Shown piece after piece: positions 1-19,200 of a stretch of 64,000 nt of DNA. The translations under genes were made by a program, and so were the position numbers. Source of the DNA: Antedon mediterranea (lineage: Eukaryota > Animalia > Echinodermata); contig NC_092678.1 in assembly GCF_964355755.1 (NCBI RefSeq), forward strand, positions 5,286,422-5,350,421, given 5' to 3'. The notes beneath the pieces are model-generated. The model was given only the letters and a program-made list of their open reading frames with translations, did not search any database and was not told the DNA's origin. Each line of letters starts with the position of its first letter. The first letter of the stretch is position 1.

Positions 1-3000
1 CCAAATTTCCGTAGTAATTCATTGTTTTATTTTAGAGTGTGGTTTAAACAATACCGTTGCAAAGTTTATAGTGGATAAATAAAATTGAATTTTGGAAAAT
101 GTGGTTTTAACATCTGACTTTATTTAGCATTTAATTCAAAATAATACAATTCAACGTTTTGCTCAATATATTTTTAAAATTATTAATTGATAATTAATTT
201 ACATTAAATGAGTACAGTTATTAGAATGTATTACCGTACCAAAAGTACCTTAGTTGGGACTTCCCCGTGGCGTTTGCATTGAACGAAACAAAATGTTATC
301 CTATATTGTTAGTCGCGTATGTTTTATTACCGGTGGAATAATATAGGCTACAATCCTCTGTTTGCTAGCGCACTATAGAGTGAGTGACATTTCCAGCGAA
401 CTAGAGTTGCAATTTATCATGAATTTTACGTGCGAGAGTACCATTTGCGGCCATCTAGAGGTGTCATTTAACAACTTGCTTGCTCAAATACTCAGTGTTG
501 GAGTCTTTGGGGAACCCTCTTAAAATAGTCCTGTGACCGCCCCTGCAACATACAGGTGCTCTGTATGTCACCTATTACTATCAATTAAAAACAATGCTAA
601 ACCCAACCCATGTACTATTTTATTGAGGTTCTGGTTAATCACATCTCATACCAATATATTTCGTAATAGTTTTGTTTTTAGTCGCGTGGAAGCGACTCTG
701 TAGTTCACTATGTCGGTCGGTCGGTCTGTCTGTCGGTCCGGTATCACTATGCGTTTTATCGCTTTCTGACCTTATCTTGATGTCAGTTTAATCTAGCTAA
801 GTCAATTTTTCACAGTATATTCATTATGGCCAGGAATCGATGTGGTTATATTTTCACGGTGCGCAATAAAAAATTACGCGGTCTACGCACGATTTAACGA
901 AATCACGTTTGTAATCATACCTGATAAACTTGTACATTGTAATAGACTAAACAGTGAGTTTAAATATACCAACATAATAGCAGTTAATGCAGAAATTGAA
1001 GCAGAATTATTTTGACATGATCACTTTGACAGGTGTACTTTTACAGTATGTCACCTATTACTATCAATTAAAAACAATGCTAAACCCAACCCAAAAAGGG
1101 GCGAACCCAGGGGTGTTGCCCTAGTGGCACGGGCAACCCCAATAATTTCATACTAAACGTTGTTTCTGCCACTAAATTAAAATTGAGTCCCATTTCATCA
1201 TATACATATTTATACGTTATAGAAGTCCAGTCTGGAAGAGAATATTTGTAAATTGGCAGAATGCATGGCAGTCACCAATTGGCCTACTATATACCACGCA
1301 CAAATAAGTGTAGATAAGTTTCTGATCATGCGCAGAATGAATTTCTGATTGACTAGTTGCTTGTGGTGCGCGCGTCATGAGAGTAGGGAGATGTATCTCT
1401 TTCTAGATGAGAGGTACGAAAGGAGGCCAACACACACTGTGTTCGAGAAAAAATGCAGGTCAAAATATTCTAAATTTAAATTGGCCATATCAAAGTAATA
1501 TTAAAGTTATTCACTTTAAGTCGAAAATTCGAGCCAAAAACAACAAGTTTACGTAATTAACAGGTAAATTAATCTTATTACATTTCCTCTGGAAAATCGT
1601 CGCTAGCAAAGATTTCAAACCATGAGTATACATTATGTATAATGCTAATTAGGATTGTTTACAACACGTCACGCTTGAGAAGGTCACATAGATCGCGAGG
1701 AAGTTCTATGATTATGCATACAGAGTAGCCAAACAAGCACGTTGCATGAGATATGTTTTGATCAAAAACCCTTGACTGGAAGTTAAGTTATTTTTTGAAT
1801 TTTGTATTTCAGTTAAATAATTTTTTTTCTGACTAATTTTTGCTGAAAGTTAATAACTATTATGATACTTCAAAATGACCCACTTTTTTTTGGAATTAGT
1901 CAAAGGGAAAATACATCTTTAATTGTTAAAATTGGTAAAAGAAGTCATGCTGGCGCCAACTAATAGTATTTCTTTGTAACAAAATGTATTTTAAATGGAA
2001 CGCTACAAAAATAATCGTCCGCTTCATCACTGCATGAATACCCAATAACCAGACAAGAACGTATCATTGTTATGTTTTACTTTCAATCCATTTTCGTATC
2101 ACGCAATCCATTTTTCAACAATATAGTAGTATAATAACATTTTGATTGAATAGTGAGGGATTAGTTACAGTTTGACTTTGAATAAACCATTAGTAATTTA
2201 CTGAAAATCCAAAATGAACTTGTGTTATAATACAACAACAAAACAGATTACCTCTAATGGATCAAGCATTCACACATGAACTTTGCGTTAAATAAAATTC
2301 ACCGACAAACGAAAATAATATAGCCTATATTCATTCCTTTTAAATATTAGGCATATTGCAAAGGCTAATAATCGATTTGTCCATAATGATTGCGTTTTAC
2401 CAGTGGTTTTCCATAATCTAAGGCTAATTTTTAGGCCAAATCATAATTGTCCGTATAGTTTTGTATTTCGGATGCATGTAGTTACTAGTACCCTATTTAT
2501 CTTCACTTCTGTACGTCCGTAAATATTAGACCAAATTTCCGTAGTAATTCATTGTTTTATTTTAGAGTGTGGTTTAAACAATACCGTTGCAAAGTTTATA
2601 GTGGATAAATAAAATTGAATTTTGGAAAATGTGGTTTTAACATCTGACTTTATTTAGCATTTAATTCAAAATAATACAATTCAACGTTTTGCTCAATATA
2701 TTTTTAAAATTATTAATTGATAATTAATTTACATTAAATGAGTACAGTTATTAGAATGTATTACCGTACCAAAAGTACCTTAGTTGGGACTTCCCCGTGG
2801 CGTTTGCATTGAACGAAACAAAATGTTATCCTATATTGTTAGTCGCGTATGTTTTATTACCGGTGGAATAATATAGGCTACAATCCTCTGTTTGCTAGCG
2901 CACTATAGAGTGAGTGACATTTCCAGCGAACTAGAGTTGCAATTTATCATGAATTTTACGTGCGAGAGTACCATTTGCGGCCATCTAGAGGTGTCATTTA

Positions 3001-3449
3001 ACAACTTGCTTGCTCAAATACTCAGTGTTGGAGTCTTTGGGGAACCCTCTTAAAATAGTCCTGTGACCGCCCCTGCAACATACAGGTGCTCTGTATGTCA
3101 CCTATTACTATCAATTAAAAACAATGCTAAACCCAACCCATGTACTATTTTATTGAGGTTCTGGTTAATCACATCTCATACCAATATATTTCGTAATAGT
3201 TTTGTTTTTAGTCGCGTGGAAGCGACTCTATAGTTCACTATGTCGGTCGGTCGGTCTGTCTGTCGGTCCGGTATCACTATGCGTTTTATCGCTTTCTGAC
3301 CTTATCTTGATGTCAGTTTAATCTAGCTAAGTCAATTTTTCACAGTATATTCATTATGGCCAGGAATCGATGTGGTTATATTTTCACGGTGCGCAATAAA
3401 AAATTACGCGGTCTACGCACGATTTAACGAAATCACGTTTGTAATCATA
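1..3449. repeat. Near-perfect direct duplication with 2530-bp period inside a muskelin intron
   Basis: 1-919 is essentially identical to 2531-3449. The left copy is cut by the window edge. Confidence 0.92.
1097..3075. mobile_element. Putative non-autonomous DNA transposon (AGGGGCG...CGCCCCTG ends)
   Basis: Short inverted termini at 1097-1103 and 3068-3075; the same right end recurs at 538-545. No transposase ORF and no clear TSD. Confidence 0.45.
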
Positions 3450-3924
3450 TCTTCACAACCATGAATCACAATTAAATAAAATTTGGTACTCATAAATTTC
3501 AGGGCATAAATCATCATATGGCAATACAATTACGGGCGTAGCGCATGTAACGCATGCGTTCGCGCGCTTGAAATTTTCAAAATTTATTTTCGATGAAATA
3601 AGAGTACGTTTCAGGAAATTTTAAGCGTTTAAAAAATTGCCATGAGTGCACAGATTTTTGCGCGCGCACTGCGCGTTAAATGTTATTGCGCACTCTTTTT
3701 GCCTGATTTCTGTTTTCTTGACTTACTTTTCAACTCGAAATTACGTTATACGAGCACGTCAAAAGTGACAGGCTACGCACGTGTAAATTTAAAAAATATA
3801 ACTGTTTTTAAACATTTCAACATTTTTAAACATGTTCAGTAATTTTGGTCAGTTGGTAGGTTGGTCGGTCGGTCGGTTGGTAAACACTAAGCACGCGACT
3901 GCAGCCATCTATATGGCCTTGTTT
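3205..3924 (+). mobile_element. Helentron-associated interspersed element (HINE/DINE-1-like); truncated copy at ~675-919
   Basis: T-run start, subterminal inverted repeat AGTCGCGTG (3210) / CACGCGACT (3892), (GTCG/GTCT)n microsatellite, 3' stem-loop GCCAT..ATGGC, and an end in a T-run. Confidence 0.7.
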
Positions 3925-3960
3925 ATTGTGCTGTTAATCTCACAGCAACACAATTTTCTA

Positions 3961-11139
<7,179 letters not shown>

Positions 11140-12335
11140 ACGGACGATATTGTTGTGGTTGAACGCAAATTTAAACACAAACACTTTGTTTTACAAAGTT
11201 CGTTGAGCTAGGCCCACAACATCAACTCTGAAGCGCAATCAACTGTCAATTCTGGCGGTCGTGGCCGTGGTCGATTTTACTGATGTGAAGAGAATATTCA
11301 ATAAGACTGGCCTAGGAAAACATCTACATTACCCTTAGTTTATTTATGTTATAAATAATTTTTCGGTAATCAACACTGTAAATTAATTGTTATTATTCAG
11401 CACAGAGACTTTGCAACGAAAAAAAAAATGAATTTATGTGGTTTTTACCAAATAAAATACCGTAACCTACGCACACACATCAATCAAAATTAAACTCCAG
11501 TCTAGCGCCACCACACGTATGACACGCAAGAATCGTAAAAAAGTTCTTGTGTTTAGATGGTAACATTTTTCTATATACTAAATTTTTTTCACGCTGCTGC
11601 TCTAGCCCGCTACGTCCCATTAGGACTACTCAATCAGAAGCTAAAGCAAGCAGCAGTTATAGTTCTAAGGACAGACAGTTTTGTGAAAATGGAAACTCCA
11701 CTATGATTTATTGATTCCAGCTGCTACAGTAGACCCAAAAAACGGCTGGGAAAGAGTCTATTAGGACATGTCATGCTAAAATTACAAATCCCTATATTCA
11801 GTCAGTGTCAGATATTCATTGAATTATTATCGAAACAGTCCATTAAAGTTTGTGTTTGTAATAGGATACTTCACAATTGAAATATCTAGGGTGATGAAGT
11901 GACCCCCAGATTTGACCTTAGCAATAAAATTAACTAAAGTGACAGAAATTGAGTATTCACTTCTGTAACAAAAAAGTAATATTTATTCACATAAAAAATG
12001 AAAAGAAACCCAAAAACCATTGTCTGACAGACAATTTAAGTATTTGTTGCTTTAAATTACATTTTTTCAGGTAAAATAACTATCTATTATGTGACAATAA
12101 AATGACACATTCAAAAACATTTGAAATAAAAAATATTTTTCAATAAGCGAGCAGCGTTTTTTGTAAGAAATATTTCTTGTCGATTCTGGTTGTTGATAAT
12201 ACAGTACTTGTTAATTGGTGCTAAAGTTTATATTTCTATCTTGTGTCAATGATTTTGGGGATCTCCGATTTTGGAATAAAACTAAAGAAAAAACAAACAA
12301 CAAATTGCTTTCTAAAACTGAGAACAAATTTATTT

Positions 12336-13464
12336 TTATAAAATACATTTACGAATAACTGCAAGAAGCAAACAAACTAAAAGAGGAAATTTCAGGTTAC
12401 CGAAATGAGCATCAGAAGCGCCATTACATAAGTCTGTTTCACACGTACAAGCAAAAATTTCTTCGTACTCTGAACAGCCATTAGGAGTATCAAGAGCATA
12501 GCCACACCCACGTCCTGTCATTCCTCCAAAACGAGCTTTCTATAGACAAAGAAAAGTTTTGAACATTAACGTTGAACCAGAGGTGGTGCATCGATAATAC
12601 AAAAAAAATGTTATACATTTCGGATAAAGGCCGAATGTTTTACATACAATTTTCTAAGTAAAGTAGTTTATATCAGCTGCTGCTATACGAAAGTTGGAAA
12701 AGCTCTCGAAAAAATCCATTAAAACAGTAAAAAGCATTATTGATTAATAATTTTCCTGAAGATAAATTAATGTTAAAGTTCGAAATATAGAATAATGGCT
12801 TGCCTCAAACTCACCATTTTTTCGTAGTTTATTATCATTATTAATATTAACAGTAATTATAATAAATATACAATAAATGAACGTTGATAAACATTTTCTT
12901 AGTTCTCTTTTCTTTTAGTTTTTTGTGGGAGAGCATTTTTTTATTTTGTATGGGCAAAACCAGATACTTACAGAGCATACTCGGCCATCTTCACACGTCA
13001 TCAGTGGTTTACCAGTAGGATCAAAATTGCTACTACCACAACCTGTGTAACTAAAGCTGTCACAGGAATAACATACAATGCCATTGGCTAAAAACACAAA
13101 ACGTACGGAATTAATATGTTTTTGTGTGAATATTAATAAGTAACTTTAGTACTACTACTAGTAGGCCTAGGCCTAGGTCTATATTTTTGTTTTACTTCAT
13201 TATTGTAATATTTTATTTTAAACAACAATATAGGCTAGATAGTGAATATTATTAGTAGTAGTATTATTAGTTAGGCCTACATAATAAACACATAGGCCTA
13301 GGCCTATTTAATTTATTGTAAAGGTATTTAAAATGAATATTCTGATTAATAATCATAACATTATTATATATATATATATACCCTGATGCATTACCTCTTC
13401 GAGATAACATCAATATTAACGATGAGATCAGCAAAAGTAAAACAATCGGTTTTGTATTCATCAT
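12336..13464 (-). CDS. Ly6/uPAR (three-finger, quiver/sleepless-like) GPI-anchored protein, 129 aa
   Basis: Exons 13464-13395, 13087-12972 and 12539-12336 splice in frame. They give the signal peptide MMNTKPIVLLLLISSLILMLSRRANG, a 10-Cys domain (IVCYSC...GC...TC...VCSK...RGC...GC...ACTCETDLCN) with the terminal CN motif, then GAS (candidate omega site) and a hydrophobic tail. Confidence 0.9.
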
Positions 13465-13594
13465 CAAAAAATCCTAAAATTATTATTATTTATATTTTAA
13501 TTTGAGTACCTATATTGGTATTGTTCTGTATACACGTACAGTAATTTAAATAATGTCGTTATTAGTCGAGCCCCCGGCCGAGCCTAAGCTAACT

Positions 13595-13614
13595 TGACTC
13601 AGTTTATATATAAA
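13595..13614 (-). promoter_or_regulatory. Candidate TATA box with adjacent AP-1 site for the Ly6 gene
   Basis: TTTATATATAAA at 13603-13614, ~140 bp upstream of the ATG, and TGACTCA at 13595-13601. Motif-only evidence. Confidence 0.35.
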
Positions 13615-14979
13615 GAAAACTATCAAACCAGAATACATAAAACGAAAAATGAGTCGTCGTTTGATTGTGTACGTATTACATGTTATGCACTTTTTAGGGG
13701 ACACCCCCACCACCAACAAAGCGCACCCACTGTGACTTCACCCCCAACCCGCGCGCGCCGGCGGCAGCAGGGTGTGCGAGAAGCTTTCTAGATGTCGGAA
13801 GAAGATAGGCTTATATGGCATGGGCTACACCAAAAAAAGTGGTTACCTAGTAGGTGCAATTGAACATAATTAATAAATATAAAGATCTTGTCAATTCATA
13901 TTGTCAATAAATAGTGTACTTACGTTATACCACTGAAATAAATAAAACAGTTTTCAGCTCGCTCTGATCGACTCTCTGCTGGTGGTTTCCTTGCAATTGA
14001 ATGCGCATCGTACGTCGTGCGTACGTTACGCGCGAGACACGCAAAATATTATACGTACGCGTTACCACCACAAAACACACAGGCGCGGCCCTGGGTGGTG
14101 GATAACCGGAAATAACCAGGCCAGCTGCTAACCACACCTTTGTTTTTACAAACAAACATTTCCAATATGAAGAACGTATTTCACAAACAGAAATGTTTTT
14201 TTTCTACATAAACGAACACATTTGTGAACCAAAAAGTCTTTGTTACACCGTGACGCGCCATACTCGATTTAAAAAAAAAATCAGCCAACACAAATACTGT
14301 ATAGACAATTTCGAATTATAATACAAAAACGACATTTATTTTTCAAGTAGAGATAAATATGTCAATATTAACATTCAATATTTGAAAATAAATATATGTT
14401 TACTCAAAAGAAACTTCGAAAGGCTTAGTCTTTATCGTTTAGAATTCAGTTTATAAAACACCTATTTATTGTCAACTAAACTAAATTCAATATTTCAATT
14501 AAATTAAAAGATATTCTGTAGTATATTAAATTAAAATGTATGTATAACAATAAAACATATTCCTTTCGTGCCGGTTTGAACACCATACAAATCGTATTCT
14601 AGTTTTGTTAGGCACTGTGAATGTTATCACCTCCATTTTATTTCAGATTAAAACCATCTTATTTTGTTCTTAAATTATTCTTTTATTATATAATATCTAC
14701 CATATATAGAATAAATAAGGTTTCTCTGTTTTTTTTTAATTATTTGGCGTCTCCTATTTCAGGGTTTACCATTAAATACTACTGAATTAGATAAATAATA
14801 AAATATTAAAACACATTGATGCAAAATATATGAAGTACTGTTATTTGACATTTTGAAATGAGATGTCATTGATAAAACCTTTACTTTCGCATACCAATCA
14901 TTGATAGATATAGAATTCACCTAAAAACTCTTTGTGCAATCTTGGTTACATTATGCAAGTTCTAATGACTTAAAAACTA

Positions 14980-16283
14980 GTTAGGTACCACTTGGTATGC
15001 AAGTTAGTTACCACCTGGTACGCAAGTTAGATACCACCTGGTATACAAGTTAGTTACCACTTTGTACTTAAGTTCGCTACCATCTGGTACTTAAATTTGC
15101 TACCACCTGGTACTTAAGTTAGCTACCACATGGTACGCAAGTTAGTTACCATCTGGTATCTTTAATTAGATACCACCTGGTACTCAAGTTAGCTACCACC
15201 TGGTACGCAAGTTAGCTACATCTGGTACGCAAGTTAGCTACCATCTGGTACGCAAGTTAGCTACCACCTGGTATGCACGTTAGATACCATCTGGTACTCA
15301 AGTTAGGTACCACCTGGTACTCGAGTTCGCTACCATCTGGTACGCAAGTTAGCTACCACCTGGTACGCAAGTTAGCTACCACCTGGTACGCAAGTTAGTT
15401 ACCATCTGGTATCTTTAATTAGATACCACCTGGTACTCAAGTTAGCTATCACCTGGTACGCAAGTTAGCTACATCTGGTACGCAAGTTAGCTACCATCTG
15501 GTACGCAAGTTAGCTACCACCTGGTATGCACGTTAGATACCATCTGGTACTCAAGTTAGGTACCACCTGGTACTCGAGTTCGCTACCATCTGGTACACAA
15601 GTTAGCTACCACCTAGTACGCAAGTTAGCTACCACCTGGTACGCAAGTTAGCTACCATCTGGTACGCAAGTTAGCTACCACCTGGTATGCACGTTAGATA
15701 CCATCTGGTACTCAAGTTAGGTACCACCTGGTACTCGAGTTCGCTACCATCTGGTACACAAGTTAGCTACCACCTAGTACGCAAGTTAGCTACCACCTGG
15801 TACGCAAGTTAGCTACCACCTGGTACGCAATAGCTACCAACTAGTACGCAAGTTAGCTACCACCTGGTACGCAAGTTAGCTACCACCTGGTATGCAAGTT
15901 AGATACCATCTGGTACTCAAGTTAGGTACCACCTGGTACTCGAGTTCGCTACCACCTGGTACGCAAGTTAGCTACCACCTGGTACTCAAGTTAGCTACCA
16001 TCTGGTACTCGAGTTAGGTACCACCTGGTACTCGAGTTCGCTACCACCTGGTACGCAAGTTAGTTACCATCTGGTACTCAAGTTAGGTACCGCCTGGTAC
16101 TCGTGTTCGCTACCACCTGGTATGCAAGTTAGATACCATCTGGTACTCAAGTTAGGTACCACCTGGTACTCGTGTTCGCTACCACCTGGTATGCAAGTTA
16201 GATACCATCTGGTACTCAAGTTAGGTACCACCTGGTACTCGAGTTCGCTACCATCTGGTACTCAAGTTAGCTACCACCTGGTA
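14980..16283. repeat. 23-bp minisatellite (~55 copies) overlapping the HDAC6 stop codon and 3' UTR
   Basis: Unit TACCACCTGGTACGCAAGTTAGC with variants; higher-order blocks of ~250 bp are visible. Confidence 0.95.
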
Positions 16284-19200
16284 TGTCAGTTCCAAACTTA
16301 CTTATGTGTGCAGCTCGCTTCATTGGGATTATAATCTAAAAATGTAAAAAATAAGAAATAATTGTTAAAATGATTCTAATTACTCTACATAGTTATTGAA
16401 TTTATTTATTTTTATACTGGATGACCTCTTCAGTCAACGACTGGTCTTTCAGAGGGCCCAATTATGATCAGTGGCTAACCCCCTACTCGTTTCGAAAGAT
16501 GTAATAGGGTCTTTAAAGTGCACACAAGCCAGATGTGTACACTGGACCTATGGTTTATAGTCCATATCCGAAAAGCCTTGTTCTACCACCAGAACCATGA
16601 AGCGAGTGAGCCTCGAACCTTGACGATGTTATGCCTACGTAATTATGGTTCCACTTTCTTAACCGCTCAGCCACTGTTTTTGGGAGAATAGAGTGTAACT
16701 TACCCCATTATGTACATAAGAATCGCATTCATAACACCAGACTGAAAGATCTGCATAACTTAGAACTAAGCAGTGGCCACTCACAACACCATGTTTTACC
16801 ATGTGAGACTCAACATATCGTCCACAAAGAACCTAAGAAAAGACAATACAAGATTGTTGCCTGGAATTATAGAAGGGCTTTCGAAAGAATCAGGATTAGA
16901 CTGAGCAATAGTTAATACAATAGAAAGCAGGCCTGAACAACAGTACAAGAGCTGTCTCTTATCGTATAGATAGTATAGCATAACAGTGTGTTAAGGGTAC
17001 ACACATCTTCATATTAAAATATTATGCAAAAGTCTTCATACCATGTAACAGTGCAGACACACCCAATTTTCTTTGCTATCTCCACATTCAAAACATGGTT
17101 CATCAGCGTGAAGCCCGCCTTCGGGCAAAGCAGTAACACCTTCTAGATGTGGACACCATGTTAGTGGCACTACTGCGTACATCTGCATCTGCAATATGAA
17201 ATACATAAACATTTAGAGATCCTCTACTAAAGGATTAAATGTTCTACTAACAGATCTACAGCAAACTAATTTGTACATTCTGGCTTTTGAAATCTAATTT
17301 TGTTAAAACTCACATTTTCTCCAAGAATGTCCGTCATGGCTCCAATGGTTCCAGGCTGCTGAGCAACACCACCTACAGCTCCAATGGCATCTTCCGATAC
17401 CTTTACATTGTCATTCGGTTGCGTCTTGTGAAAGACATTGCCAGAACCTCGACCTTTGACCGCTTCAGGAGACTGTATATCCGAAGAACAAGAGTGGAAA
17501 CTTTCATCAGGACACGCGCTGTTGGATGAGATTGACATCTCAGATGTAGACTGGATGAGGTCATCCACAGAGGTACTGCTGGCTGCAGATGCTCTGGTGG
17601 ATGGCTTGGCGGTAGCATCACCATTGCCTCCACTCTCTGATTGGCTGGGAAAAAAAAATGTATATACACAACCAAATTCATGGAGGATTGGAGTTTCTAA
17701 TTCAATATTGTAGTACAATTACAGTACGAAATCCGAAGTATAGTCATTATCTCGGAACCATTCTATAGTCACCACCAGGTAGGCTTACTTCACCAAGGCT
17801 TCTATGAATGGATGACGAGTTGGGAGCAGGAACGCTAGTAGACCAAACCCAGTACCATTTTGATTAATATTATGCAGGAAATACCTCATGACACAACCAA
17901 ATTCACAAGTGGAATTTCTTATTCAATACTGCAGTACAATTACAGTACGTTACATTACTGCTATAAATCTAAGTTACTGCAGTAACCAATCCAATAACAA
18001 AACATGAATATTTACCTGTCTTTTGTGACTACTGGCAGTGGTCCTGAAAAAAAATGCATTGTTTAAAATTAAAGAACAATTCGATTAAAAGATAAAGAAT
18101 GTTTCTACAAATTTACTTGAACAAACTTTCCTTATTAAAACCTCTATTTTCATAGTTGTTCATTGATCATTTAGGAATCCAGCAAGTTAACAATCTACAG
18201 CAACAAAAGTGCTGTTTAAACAAGAGTAAGAGAAGACTTACTTATAAACTGAAGACATTTCCAATAAGGCTTATGGCACTGAATAGTGCTGTGTATGGAC
18301 GCAACAGCTTGCATGTTGGCTGGCTTGGCAGAAGTGAGTACAGGGGTAGGATCACCTAACAATGTTTGGGTACATTGTGCCATTGATTTGGAAATTGATG
18401 ATAAGTTGTAACCACCCTAAGAAATAAATAAAAATGTATTTCAACTAAAACTTTTTTAGTTTAATGTCCTTTACCCTGTGTAAGTAACAAAGCTCGTTTT
18501 ATGGCAATCATACAGTATCAGAGCCGTCCCCTTGAAAGCTTCACTACCCCTCATTTTTTTAAAATATTAGATTTTCCAAAACCTTCAATTTTCAGTAATA
18601 CAATTGATAGCAAACATATTGTACCTCTAATACAACGATAACATGTCCATTGGCTAAGCTGCTTAGCATGTGAGTCATTTGGCCATAACATTCAGGGTTC
18701 ACAAGATATCCACCCTAAGCGGAAAATATATTGAAAAAAATGAGAAATATTAGTACATATTTGAAGCTCTGTCTACACTTTTAAACTTTATGTGACAAAA
18801 AATGTGAAGTGACCATATGTGGACATTGTGATATCACTACCATATTTGGGCACATCATATTTTGTTGTCTCATAAGTTTGATAGTGTAGACAGAGCTTTA
18901 GAAACATTCTGGCTTGTTTATAAAAGGGCAAAATGTACAACATTGATTGAGGACATTGTCACAAACTGAACAGTTTATATTAAACAATCCCCAGAACTTT
19001 ATTTTCACACTTACCAATGGATCTCCCAAGGCAGCATCAAAGCCTGCAGATACAAAGACCAAGTCAGGAGCATACTAGAAAAGGAGGAAATACACACAGA
19101 TAAACAGTGGTCTTATAGTATAATACTTGTCCTGTAAGCAAGTGATCAGGGGACCGAATCCAACAGTTATTCGTTAGTTACCGAGTTGTTTGATATCATT

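Noticed and set aside
14980-16283. CRISPR-like short palindromic repeats
   Set aside because: Units are head-to-tail with no unique spacers, there are no cas genes, and the context is eukaryotic.
16600-16675. tRNA-like A/B boxes
   Set aside because: No cloverleaf; it is the head of a SINE present in two copies.
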